Origin: an uncultured Candidatus Saccharibacteria bacterium
Lineage (GTDB): Bacteria > Patescibacteriota > Minisyncoccia > Phycocordibacterales > CAIZLB01
Assembly (NCBI GenBank): GCA_964368945.1
Contig: CAYJDM010000007.1
Coordinates: 1,365 to 59,018, forward strand
Length of the DNA: 57,654 bases
Direction of reading: 5' to 3'
Under the pieces are notes generated by a model. The model made no database searches and had not been told where the DNA came from. It worked only from the letters and a program-made list of their open reading frames with translations. Of this stretch, positions 17,889 through 27,125 are shown one piece after another; within the stretch, counting starts at the first letter, position 1, and each line of letters opens with the position of its first letter. Position numbers and translations under genes: made by a program.

Positions 17889-19298
17889 ATGGAAAACATC
17901 ATCGCGCTCTGCAAACGAAAAGGCTTTATCTTCCCAGGATCTGAGATCTATGGAGGCCTTTCGGGCACATGGGATTACGGTCCGCTCGGAGTCGCTCTCA
18001 AGAACAATATCAAGAACCTATGGTGGAAGCGCTTCGTCACTGATCGCGAGGATATGTTCGGCGTCGATGCGGCGATCCTCATGAATCAGAATGTCTGGAA
18101 GGCGAGCGGGCATGTCGCGGGATTTTCTGATCCGCTCGTCGTCGATGCAAAGACGCAGAAGAGATATCGAGCTGATCATTTGCTTGAAGAGTCAGGTGTG
18201 GATGTAAAAGGCATGACGCTCGATGCCATGGATGCCAAGATAAAAGAGCTCGGACTCAAGAGCCCAGAAGGCAATCCGCTCGGCGATGTCCGACAATTCA
18301 ATATGATGTTCAAGACGCATATCGGTCCGGTCGCTGATGATGATTCCATTTCGTACTTGCGACCCGAGACTGCGCAGGGCATGTTCGTCAATTTCAAAAA
18401 CGTCCTCGACTCTATGCATCCAAAGATTCCATTCGGTCTCGCCCAGATCGGAAAGGCTTTTCGAAATGAGATCGCCCCTCGAGACTTTATCTTCCGCGAC
18501 CGGGAGCTCGAGCAGATGGAAATCGAATACTTCGTGCACCCCGATAACTGGAAGGAGACATTCGATGGTTTTTTCAATGAGCAAATGGAATTCGCCAAGG
18601 ATCTCGGCCTCGATATGTCGCATGTTCACAAGGTTGATATTGCTGCAGAAGATCGCGCGCATTATTCAAGCTGTTCAGTCGATACAGAATTTGATTTTCC
18701 TTTTGGCCAAAAAGAGCTCTTCGGCCTCGCATATCGAACCGACTATGACCTCAATAAGCATATCGAGCATTCCAAAGTCGATCTCAGCTATTTCGATGAC
18801 GAGACAAAGACGCGATATGTGCCGCATTGCATCGAGCCTACATTCGGCGTCGAGCGAACCATGCTTGCCGTCCTCAGCGATGCGTATACCGTAGACGAAC
18901 TCGGCGGAGAGAAGCGAGAATATCTCAAGCTTTCTCCAAAGATCGCGCCGGTCCTCGTATCCGTTTCGCCACTCCTCAAAAATAAGCCCGAGCTCGTCAG
19001 CATCGCCCGATCTCTCTATGCCGACCTCAAAAAGAAATTTGGCCGCGTCACATTCGACGACAATGGAAATATCGGCAAGCGATATCGACGACAGGATGAA
19101 ATCGGTACGCCATTCTGCGTAGTCATTGATTTCGAAACCATGGAAGGCGTCAAAGAGGCCGTTCATGCCAAGGACAGCTCTGCTGCAATCGCAGTCGGCG
19201 CAACTGATACCGTCACGATTCGATATCGAGATAGCGGAGAGCAGGAGAGGGTCGCTATTGCTGATTTGGCGAGCAAGATCGAGGGGTTGATCGCATAA
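17889..19298 (+). CDS. glyQS: Glycine--tRNA ligase (dimeric class II GlyQS type)
   Basis: IIALCKRKGFIFPGSEIYGGLSGTWDYGPLG, class II motifs (FRNEISPR-like FRNEIAPRD) and a C-terminal anticodon-binding domain. Confidence 0.9.
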   Translation: MENIIALCKRKGFIFPGSEIYGGLSGTWDYGPLGVALKNNIKNLWWKRFVTDREDMFGVDAAILMNQNVWKASGHVAGFSDPLVVDAKTQKRYRADHLLEESGVDVKGMTLDAMDAKIKELGLKSPEGNPLGDVRQFNMMFKTHIGPVADDDSISYLRPETAQGMFVNFKNVLDSMHPKIPFGLAQIGKAFRNEIAPRDFIFRDRELEQMEIEYFVHPDNWKETFDGFFNEQMEFAKDLGLDMSHVHKVDIAAEDRAHYSSCSVDTEFDFPFGQKELFGLAYRTDYDLNKHIEHSKVDLSYFDDETKTRYVPHCIEPTFGVERTMLAVLSDAYTVDELGGEKREYLKLSPKIAPVLVSVSPLLKNKPELVSIARSLYADLKKKFGRVTFDDNGNIGKRYRRQDEIGTPFCVVIDFETMEGVKEAVHAKDSSAAIAVGATDTVTIRYRDSGEQERVAIADLASKIEGLIA

Positions 19299-19469
19299 CC
19301 GCACTCATATATTTGGTAAAAGAAGATCGCGCATCTCTATTCGAGTAGCGCGGTCTTTTTTTGACAAAAAACTTCATCGGTATACCATTCCATCCGGGAA
19401 TAGTCCCGTACACCGCCCAATAAATTACCGGGCATAAAATAAACTCGAACAAAGAAAGACAAACACCAA

Positions 19470-20369
19470 ATGAGCACAAAAGCTCCTCCTCCTGCGTATT
19501 CCGATGAGGAATACGAATCCGCGCCTATCGTTACGAATAGTCCGCTTGTCATGCTGACGATCACCGACCGGCCGACCCGTTACTCAGGCTTTGGCTGGGA
19601 AGAATGGCTCAAGATCTGGGAAGGCACGCACTTGCTATCGGCAAGATCAGGAATGATTCACCGGATTTTTGATGATGTCGATCGCAGTGACTATGGCAAG
19701 GCCCTTCAATACTGCTTGCGGATGGCCAATGGCCACTACGAGAAAGTAAGATGCGTCGGAGGCTACAAGCATGACGTGCTTGCTGCCATGGCCTTTGGAT
19801 CCATTCTAAGGCTCTTCGCGCAGATTCAGCATAATCAATTTCCACCGTATCTTTACGACATTGTCACATTCAGGAGCCTGATGTGGTTCCTCGATCCTAA
19901 GGTGTGGGGCCACGGGAATATTGTTCATGTCGGGCAGGAAAGCAAAAAGACTTCCGTGCGCAAATTCCTGCAAACGTTTGCGGGTATGCATTGGGGTGCG
20001 GTGCAATTTACCGATCTCGACGAAGGTATGAAAAAGCGCGCTTGGGATATGCTTCAGGCTAATCGTGCCCGACTGATAGCGGTCTTGTACGGTACTGGTT
20101 ATTTGGATATCGTTGATCATTATGAACTCGACGAAGCATGCGTCAGGGTACTGGAACGGGCGGTGCTTCGTGATCCTGTTCCGAAACCGATTGATGCACC
20201 CGATCGCGATATGTCGAGGGTGAGTTACCCTTCGGACTTTCAAGATGCCATAACTCGAGGCCAACACGGTAGGCAGGGCTTGGCTGTCGCCGTATTGAGC
20301 AAAAACTGCCTGCGGCTCGGACTGCGGTTCGATCTCAAGGACGGAATCGCGCCTGCGGCTGCCGCTTAG
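19470..20369 (+). CDS. Hypothetical protein (orphan)
   Basis: 299-aa ORF with protein-like composition and no motif I recognise. GC-richer by eye. Confidence 0.45.
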   Translation: MSTKAPPPAYSDEEYESAPIVTNSPLVMLTITDRPTRYSGFGWEEWLKIWEGTHLLSARSGMIHRIFDDVDRSDYGKALQYCLRMANGHYEKVRCVGGYKHDVLAAMAFGSILRLFAQIQHNQFPPYLYDIVTFRSLMWFLDPKVWGHGNIVHVGQESKKTSVRKFLQTFAGMHWGAVQFTDLDEGMKKRAWDMLQANRARLIAVLYGTGYLDIVDHYELDEACVRVLERAVLRDPVPKPIDAPDRDMSRVSYPSDFQDAITRGQHGRQGLAVAVLSKNCLRLGLRFDLKDGIAPAAAA

Positions 20370-20535
20370 CATCATATTGATCAATCGGCTGCTTCAGTCG
20401 ACCTTTATCATTATTCATTCGAACCCCGGCCGGCGCCATGCCGTCCGGTGTTTTCTGCTGCTCCGGCCTTTTCTTTATTAAAATTTCATAACTCTGACAT
20501 TGTCCGCCTCGCGGCATTAATGCTATCCTTAGCTC

Positions 20536-21642
20536 ATGTCAGACAATTTCAGGGGCAATAATGCGGATTCGGCTATGAGCGGGCCTCGCCATAGCCAGAT
20601 GTTCAATATCAGCTTCAATGCGCTTTTCAAGATCGCCTTATTCGTGGGCGGGCTTTTCCTGCTATACGAATTGCGAAGCCTCGTCCTTGTCGTACTATCG
20701 GCAGTCGTGATCGCATCGGTATTGGAACCGGGCACGCGTTTTTTCATAAGGAAAAAAATCCCAAGAGCCATCTCTGTCATCCTGACCTATGCCATCGTCA
20801 TCGGGCTCATCGTGGCATTCATATCATTCGTCCTGCCTCCGCTCTTCAATGAAACCATCTCCGCGCTCAATGGCTTGCCGAGATCGATCAAGACGGCGGA
20901 TATCTTCAATGGCCTTCATGCCGGCGGATTCACAAGCGCCCGAACGATTTTCCCTGAATTGCCATCGACGGTTGCGGTGGGCGACCTCGTCGGGTATATC
21001 AGCAATTCATTGACGATCTTTACTGGCGGCACATTCAATGCGGTCTCTGGAATATTCGGAGGATTGGTCAGCTTCATACTGATGTTCGTGATCTCATTCT
21101 ATCTATCCGTGCGCGAAGACGGAGTAGGGGAATTCCTCGGCATCGTCACACCGGTCAAGCATGAGAAATATGTCCGAGAGCTTTGGATAAAGACTGAGCG
21201 CAAGATCGGCAAATGGATGCAAGGCCAATTGCTTCTCGGCCTAATCGTCGGAGTGCTTACGTATATAGCATTGCTCTTGCTTGGCGTCAGCCATCCTCTC
21301 TTGCTTGCGATGCTCGCAGCTGTATTCGAGCTCATCCCGGTCGTCGGCATGACCCTCTCTGCGATTCCTGCATTTTTCCTCGCCACTCTCGATGGAGGCT
21401 TCGGTCTCGGCCTGATCGTAGTCGCTGTATATATCATCATCCAGCAGATCGAGGCGCATTTCATTTATCCATTGGTTGTGAAAAAAGTAGTTGGAGTTCC
21501 GCCTCTCCTCGTCATCATCGCTCTCGTTGCCGGTGCAGAGATCGCAGGCTTTCTCGGCATCCTTCTCTCGGTTCCTATCTCGGTTGCGCTCGTCGAATTC
21601 ATGGATGATATGGATAGGAGAAAGAGGTTCGTGAATGAGTAG
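20536..21642 (+). CDS. AI-2E family transporter (PerM/UPF0118)
   Basis: Multi-TM protein with the characteristic ...KIGKWMQGQLLLGLIVGVL...ELIPVVG... core. Confidence 0.8.
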   Translation: MSDNFRGNNADSAMSGPRHSQMFNISFNALFKIALFVGGLFLLYELRSLVLVVLSAVVIASVLEPGTRFFIRKKIPRAISVILTYAIVIGLIVAFISFVLPPLFNETISALNGLPRSIKTADIFNGLHAGGFTSARTIFPELPSTVAVGDLVGYISNSLTIFTGGTFNAVSGIFGGLVSFILMFVISFYLSVREDGVGEFLGIVTPVKHEKYVRELWIKTERKIGKWMQGQLLLGLIVGVLTYIALLLLGVSHPLLLAMLAAVFELIPVVGMTLSAIPAFFLATLDGGFGLGLIVVAVYIIIQQIEAHFIYPLVVKKVVGVPPLLVIIALVAGAEIAGFLGILLSVPISVALVEFMDDMDRRKRFVNE

Positions 21643-21732
21643 CTTTAAAAAAGCCTTCTTTTGGGCTACTATATGCAATACGCAGCTGATCGCCGGCCAG
21701 GAGGAAAGGGTCGAAAATCATGCGCCATAACT

Positions 21733-23199
21733 ATGAAAAACAAACCTTTTTATATAACGACGACCCTGCCATACGTGAATGCGGAGGCGCATATGGGCCA
21801 TGCCTTGGAATTCATCCAGGCCGACTACATTGCGAGGCATAAGGCCATGCAGGGGCATGAGGTTTTTTTCAATACGGGAACTGACGAGCACGGCCTTAAG
21901 ATCTATCAGAAAGCGCTCGAAGCCGGACTTTCGCCGAAGGATTATGTCGATGGCTATGCGGAAAAATTCAAGGCATTGAAGCCGATCCTGAACTTGAGCT
22001 TTACGCATTTCATCCGGACAACTGATACAAATCATATCGAGGCTGCGCAGGAATTCTGGAAGCGATGCGCGCAGAATGTGGATGCGGACGGGAAGTCGGA
22101 TGTCTATAAGGGAGAATACGATGCGAAGTACTGCGTCGGCTGCGAACTGGAAAAGTCAGAGTCGGAGCTCGTCGATGGCAAATGCCCGATTCATCCGAAT
22201 AATGAGATCCAGATCATCAAGGAGGAAAATTATTTCTTCAGATGGTCTCGCTATCAGCAGGCTTTGCTCGATTTGTATCGCGATCGACCAGATTTCGTCG
22301 TACCTGAAGGCCGATTGAATGAGATCCGCACATTTGTCGAAGGCGGCTTGAGGGATTTCAGCATTTCGCGAAAGAAGGACAAGATGCCTTGGGGCGTTCC
22401 TGTTCCAGGCGATGATGAGCATGTCATGTATGTCTGGTTCGATGCTCTCGTGAATTATATTTCGACGACTGGCTGGCCGAACGAAGGAGCGGATTCTGAT
22501 TTCGCGAAATTCTGGCCAGGCATGCAGGTTGCGGGCAAGGACAATCTCCGACAGCAGTCAGCGATGTGGCAAGCGATGCTTATGTCAGCAAAGCTTCCTG
22601 CATCTTCGCAGATTTTCATCCACGGCTTCATTACGAGCGGAGGACAGAAGATGAGCAAATCGATCGGCAATGTCATCAATCCGCTCGATGTGGTCAATGA
22701 ATTCGGCATTGATGCCTTGCGATATTTCCTCGCTCATCAGCTTCCCGCATATGAGGATGGGGACTTTACGATGGAGCGGTTCAAGGAGGCATACAATACG
22801 CAGCTCGCTAATGGAATCGGAAATCTCACAAGCCGAATTCTCAAGATGGCGGTTTCGTATGAGGTTTCCTTCGAAGGAATTAATAGCGATCTTGCTGGGA
22901 AAGCGGAGCTTTTCAATAAGCTTGAGGCGCCTTTCGCGCGTTTCAATTTCGCCGAGGCGTCAGATGTGGTCTGGAAGAGGATCGGCGAGCTGGATGTTTT
23001 TATCCAAGAAAATGCTCCATTCAAGAAAATAAAAGTCGATGCCGATGCAGCCAAGAAAGACGTGCGATATCTGCTCGAAGAATTGTACAAGGTCGCATAT
23101 GCGCTCGCTCCATTCATGCCTGAGACTTCGGAGAAGGTGATTGCATTACTCGAGGCGGGGACATTCCCTGAGACGCCGCTTTTCTTGCGACGAGACTAA
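21733..23199 (+). CDS. metG: Methionine--tRNA ligase (short form)
   Basis: FYITTTLPYVNAEAHMGHA (HIGH), Zn-knuckle CVGCE...CPIH, and KMSKSIGN. The ATG at 21733 is preferred. Confidence 0.9.
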   Translation: MKNKPFYITTTLPYVNAEAHMGHALEFIQADYIARHKAMQGHEVFFNTGTDEHGLKIYQKALEAGLSPKDYVDGYAEKFKALKPILNLSFTHFIRTTDTNHIEAAQEFWKRCAQNVDADGKSDVYKGEYDAKYCVGCELEKSESELVDGKCPIHPNNEIQIIKEENYFFRWSRYQQALLDLYRDRPDFVVPEGRLNEIRTFVEGGLRDFSISRKKDKMPWGVPVPGDDEHVMYVWFDALVNYISTTGWPNEGADSDFAKFWPGMQVAGKDNLRQQSAMWQAMLMSAKLPASSQIFIHGFITSGGQKMSKSIGNVINPLDVVNEFGIDALRYFLAHQLPAYEDGDFTMERFKEAYNTQLANGIGNLTSRILKMAVSYEVSFEGINSDLAGKAELFNKLEAPFARFNFAEASDVVWKRIGELDVFIQENAPFKKIKVDADAAKKDVRYLLEELYKVAYALAPFMPETSEKVIALLEAGTFPETPLFLRRD

Positions 23200-23200
23200 T

Positions 23201-24094
23201 ATGGCCAAAAAAGAACTCCACCTTCACATGCCCGTCGAAATCAAATATATCGACACGCATGCGCATGCATATCCCGAATACTATAAGCTTGAATTGCCTG
23301 GCGTTATTGATCGTGCTCGCGACAAGGGCGTGGCCATCATCAATATCGGAACGAATATCGAGACATCTCGCGATTGTTTGCTGACGGCGGAGCGTTTCGC
23401 TGCGATTCATCCGCATATTTATTCGATTCCTGGAATCCATCCGAATGAATGGACGACGGATTGGCAGGCTGATCTCGAGGCTCTTGATGAGCTTGTTGAT
23501 AAGCATTTATATAAAAAAGGCGGGCGCGGCAAAGTGATAGGGATAGGGGAATGCGGCATTGATTTGTTCAGGATAGATGAGGACAAAAAAGCCGAGGTCT
23601 ATGCGCAGCAGCGTGACTTATTCCGAGGGCAAATAGAGATCGCTCTCAAATATGACTTGCCGCTCATGATCCATGCGCGAGAGAGCTATTCAGAAATTTT
23701 ATCCATTCTTGATGAGGATTTCATCGGGGATAAGGCAAGATTGCGGGGAAACGTGCATTTCTTCGCGGGGACGCCTGAGCAGGCTGCATCGTTTCTAGAC
23801 AAGGGCTTCACGCTTTCGTTTACCGGGGTCATTACCTTTGCTTCGTCATATGATGAGGTTATTCGGTCTGCCCCTCTCGAGTCCATCATGTCCGAAACAG
23901 ATTGCCCGTATGTGGCTCCTATGCCATTCAGGGGCAAGACAAATGAGCCTTCATATGTCACCTATGTCGTCGAGGCTTTGGCCAAAACCAGAGGCATGGA
24001 TCTAGAAGAATGCCGCTTGGCTATGCTTAGGAATGCCGAAAGGGCCTACTGTATTGATTTGGGCACTCAGAACGGCTCGTCAGTAGCAGTTTAG
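23201..24094 (+). CDS. tatD: TatD family metal-dependent hydrolase
   Basis: IDTHAH, GECGID, MIHARE, HFF and ETD motifs. The ATG at 23201 lies 2 nt after the metG stop. Confidence 0.85.
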   Translation: MAKKELHLHMPVEIKYIDTHAHAYPEYYKLELPGVIDRARDKGVAIINIGTNIETSRDCLLTAERFAAIHPHIYSIPGIHPNEWTTDWQADLEALDELVDKHLYKKGGRGKVIGIGECGIDLFRIDEDKKAEVYAQQRDLFRGQIEIALKYDLPLMIHARESYSEILSILDEDFIGDKARLRGNVHFFAGTPEQAASFLDKGFTLSFTGVITFASSYDEVIRSAPLESIMSETDCPYVAPMPFRGKTNEPSYVTYVVEALAKTRGMDLEECRLAMLRNAERAYCIDLGTQNGSSVAV

Positions 24095-24165
24095 CCTTAT
24101 TTTAAGCCGCAAAACTGGCATCAGGCGACTTGCATAAGTGAAGATCATGTGGTAACCTGGTCCCC

Positions 24166-24681
24166 ATGACCAAGGAACATAACAGAGATGTAGAACGAGA
24201 GGAACGACTCAAAGTATATGAGCTCGGTTTCCATTTTGTGCCTACTCTTTCGGAAGACGATGTAACTGTAAAGTTTTCTGAGCTCAAATCATTTGTTGAA
24301 AAGCTCGGGGGCGAGTTCATCTCTGAGGATGCTCCGAAGCCAATTAATCTCGCATATGACATCTCAAAGACTGTCAAAGCGGTTAAGAAGTGGTATAAGA
24401 ACGCTTATTTCGGATGGATCAAGTTCACTCTTGTTCCTGAAGATATCGAGGCGCTCGAGAAGCAGGTGAAGGAATACGAACCTGTTTTGCGATACCTACT
24501 CATCTCAACTGTGAGCGAGAGCACATTGGCCGAGGCTCCACGCGAAAGAAACGGTAAAAATGGCCGAACAGATACTTCTGACGAATCTTCAGAAGGAACG
24601 ACAGCAGAAGCCCTAGAAAAAACTGACGATGCAGCGGCTCCAGAAGCAGCAGCAGAAGTTAGCGAGAACCTAGAAGCTTAA
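24166..24681 (+). CDS. rpsF: 30S ribosomal protein bS6 with an acidic C-terminal extension
   Basis: YELGFHFVP... S6 fold pattern and conserved rpsF-ssb-rpsR order. Confidence 0.8.
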   Translation: MTKEHNRDVEREERLKVYELGFHFVPTLSEDDVTVKFSELKSFVEKLGGEFISEDAPKPINLAYDISKTVKAVKKWYKNAYFGWIKFTLVPEDIEALEKQVKEYEPVLRYLLISTVSESTLAEAPRERNGKNGRTDTSDESSEGTTAEALEKTDDAAAPEAAAEVSENLEA

Positions 24682-24695
24682 GCTATAATAGAAAT

Positions 24696-25178
24696 ATGTA
24701 TTTAAACAAAGTATTCATTATCGGAAACCTCACGCGAGATCCTGAACTAAAGGCTTTGCCTTCAGGAATCAACGTTTGCAGCTTCTCGATTGCCACTAAC
24801 CGAGTCTGGAAAGATAAGAACGGCGCTAAGCAGGAAAATACCGACTTCCACAATATCGTGGTCTTCGGGCGACAGGCTGATACGACCGCTGCTTATCTAA
24901 AGAAGGGCTCAATGGCATACGTAGAAGGACGGCTTACGACGCGATCTTGGGACGGTCCGGACGGAAAGAAGAATTATCGAACAGAAATCATCGCTGACAC
25001 TATCCAGTTCGGCCCTCGGGGCGGAGCTAGCGATGGAGGAAGCTATGGAGGCGGAGCAGCGAGCGGAGCATCAGCACCGCGAGCAGCCAGCAAGCCAGCG
25101 GATGACAATCCATTGGATACGCTCGATAGCGCTTCATACCCTAATGAGGAAATAAACCCAGAAGACATTCCATTCTAA
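24696..25178 (+). CDS. ssb: Single-stranded DNA-binding protein
   Basis: NKVFIIGNLTRDPEL OB fold, Gly-rich linker and acidic tail ending DIPF. Confidence 0.9.
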   Translation: MYLNKVFIIGNLTRDPELKALPSGINVCSFSIATNRVWKDKNGAKQENTDFHNIVVFGRQADTTAAYLKKGSMAYVEGRLTTRSWDGPDGKKNYRTEIIADTIQFGPRGGASDGGSYGGGAASGASAPRAASKPADDNPLDTLDSASYPNEEINPEDIPF

Positions 25179-25212
25179 ACATTATTAACCGCGAAGAATT
25201 TACAAAACAATT

Positions 25213-25416
25213 ATGACAAAGCAATGCTTTTTCGCTCAAAATAACATTCAGCATATCGACTACAAAGATACTGAAATTTTGAAGAAATTCTTGAATCCTC
25301 ATGCTCGACTCCTTTCGCGAAAGCGAACAGGCACGACTGCAAAGAGCCAGCGAAAGCTAGCCACTGCGGTAAAGCGAGCCCGATTCATGGCCCTCCTTCC
25401 ATTCGTAGCGAACTAG
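25213..25416 (+). CDS. rpsR: 30S ribosomal protein bS18
   Basis: IDYKD...LKKFL......R..TG..AK.QRKLA.AVKRAR.MALLPF. Confidence 0.9.
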   Translation: MTKQCFFAQNNIQHIDYKDTEILKKFLNPHARLLSRKRTGTTAKSQRKLATAVKRARFMALLPFVAN

Positions 25417-25446
25417 TCGCAAGACCGGTCGAGACGAGAGAAAAAG

Positions 25447-25480
25447 AAAAGCCGCTCAGAGATGAGCGGCTTTTCTTTTT
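25447..25480. terminator. Bidirectional intrinsic terminator
   Basis: aaaagccgctca-gaga-tgagcggctttt with flanking A- and T-runs, between convergent genes. Confidence 0.8.
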
Positions 25481-25485
25481 CTCAG

Positions 25486-27009
25486 CTATTTATTGAGAAC
25501 GGCTCTGGTGCTCGGTCCAACATATCCTGCAGCCGTGAGGCCATTGGCCTTCTGCAATTTCTTTACTGCTGCTTCTGTATGAGAGCCGAATGTGCCGGTG
25601 ATTGGGCCAGAATAGAATTTCAGGGCAGTGAGCTTTTTCTGCAATTCGGTTACTTCCTTGCCAGTCGAGTCGAGCTCGAGGAATAGGGTGAAATTGTATC
25701 CTGCGCTTGCGCCGCTCGTCGTCGGTGATGGCTGCATCGGCACAGATGTAGTCGGGCCATGATTGAGCAAAGAGCGCGTCGCTGGTCCTACAGCGCCGAG
25801 CTGGGTGATGCCATAGGACTTCTGAAGGCTTTTGACCGCCTTGGTCGTGAGCGGTCCGAAATAGCCGGTTGCTGGGCCATTAAAGAATCCGAGCTTTGTA
25901 AGGGCTAGCTGCAATTGTTTTACCTCAGCGCTTGTCATTCCTTCGGAGAGATATGTGGTGAAAACCTCACCAGAGCTGGCAGACGGAATCGGCGTCGATA
26001 CGATGGGATTGCTTGGCGTTATTGCTGGCACTGACGGTATAACTGCGGCCGCCGCATCGTTGGTGACGGTGATATATTGCGTGGTGCTCGCTGCTTTGCT
26101 CGCATCGCTATTATTTGCCGTTATGGTGAGGATATGAAGTCCGACATCTCTCGCTGTCGATGTCCATGAGAAGTTTCCCGTATATTGATCTATATTGAAA
26201 ACGCCCGCCGTGCTATTTGGAAATGAATCCTTGAGCGAGAATGCTGCGCCTGGAATTCCTGAGGTTACCACATTGAATGTAACCGTTTGGCCAGCGGTGA
26301 TAGTCGAAGCGGAGAGCGACTGGATAGCAATATCTGGCGGGATTCCGACGGTGATCTGCTGCGATGCGGTATGAGTGATATTAGTCAAAGGGTCGCGGGC
26401 ATATACGGTTATATAGTGCAAACCGATATCCTGATACTTCGGAGTCCATTTGAAATTTCCATACATATCCATATTGGAATTCGTTATCGTCGTGCCGCTG
26501 AAATAGTCATTGACCGTGAAATACGGATTCCCGATGCCGCTAGTTGTGACGTTCCAGCTGAGGGTTTTGCCATAATGAATAGTAGTTGTGGCAGGCGACA
26601 TGGATTGAATCGATATGGAAGGGGAATTGTTGACGGTCAGGGTCTGTACGGTCGTGGCTCTGTTTCCGCTCGAATCAGTTATCGTAATCGTGAGGTTGTG
26701 GGTTCCGGCATCCTGGGCAGAAGGCGTCCAATTGAACTGCCCGCTGGCATTGATATTGCCGCTATTGATAGTGCTGCCGCTCATTGAGTCTGCGATGGCA
26801 TATGCAGGGCTCGAGAATCCTGATGTTGATAGGGCAAAGGAGATTGCGGTGCCGATCGATACCGTCGTGCTTGGGGAAAGCGATTGCACGGAGACGGACA
26901 GAACTGTCTGAGCTGACATCTCGCGCGGAATTGATATCGCGATACCAGAAGCCGCGATAATGGCGATTGCCAGCGAGGCGCAGAGCAGATTATTTTTTTG
27001 TTTTTTCAT
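25486..27009 (-). CDS. Secreted wall-associated protein: three Ig-like repeats plus two PG_binding_1 domains
   Basis: Signal/TM LLCASLAIAIIAASG. Three repeats of about 90 aa (..QS(L/M)SP.T....G........TSG........D...........G.F.WTP...D.G.H..T(I/V)...). C-terminal (L/V)..LQ..L..L......TG.FG..T..AVK.LQK..G twice. Confidence 0.7.
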   Translation of the reverse strand: MKKQKNNLLCASLAIAIIAASGIAISIPREMSAQTVLSVSVQSLSPSTTVSIGTAISFALSTSGFSSPAYAIADSMSGSTINSGNINASGQFNWTPSAQDAGTHNLTITITDSSGNRATTVQTLTVNNSPSISIQSMSPATTTIHYGKTLSWNVTTSGIGNPYFTVNDYFSGTTITNSNMDMYGNFKWTPKYQDIGLHYITVYARDPLTNITHTASQQITVGIPPDIAIQSLSASTITAGQTVTFNVVTSGIPGAAFSLKDSFPNSTAGVFNIDQYTGNFSWTSTARDVGLHILTITANNSDASKAASTTQYITVTNDAAAAVIPSVPAITPSNPIVSTPIPSASSGEVFTTYLSEGMTSAEVKQLQLALTKLGFFNGPATGYFGPLTTKAVKSLQKSYGITQLGAVGPATRSLLNHGPTTSVPMQPSPTTSGASAGYNFTLFLELDSTGKEVTELQKKLTALKFYSGPITGTFGSHTEAAVKKLQKANGLTAAGYVGPSTRAVLNK

Positions 27010-27125
27010 GAGCATAAATGTTTTATATATAAAATGTACCATAAAAAACGATCGGCCGTTTGCGCTTTCGGGTGTTGGCGTCGGGTTTGTAAAACCCTCT
27101 GAAAAGGGCTATAATCGCCCTAATT

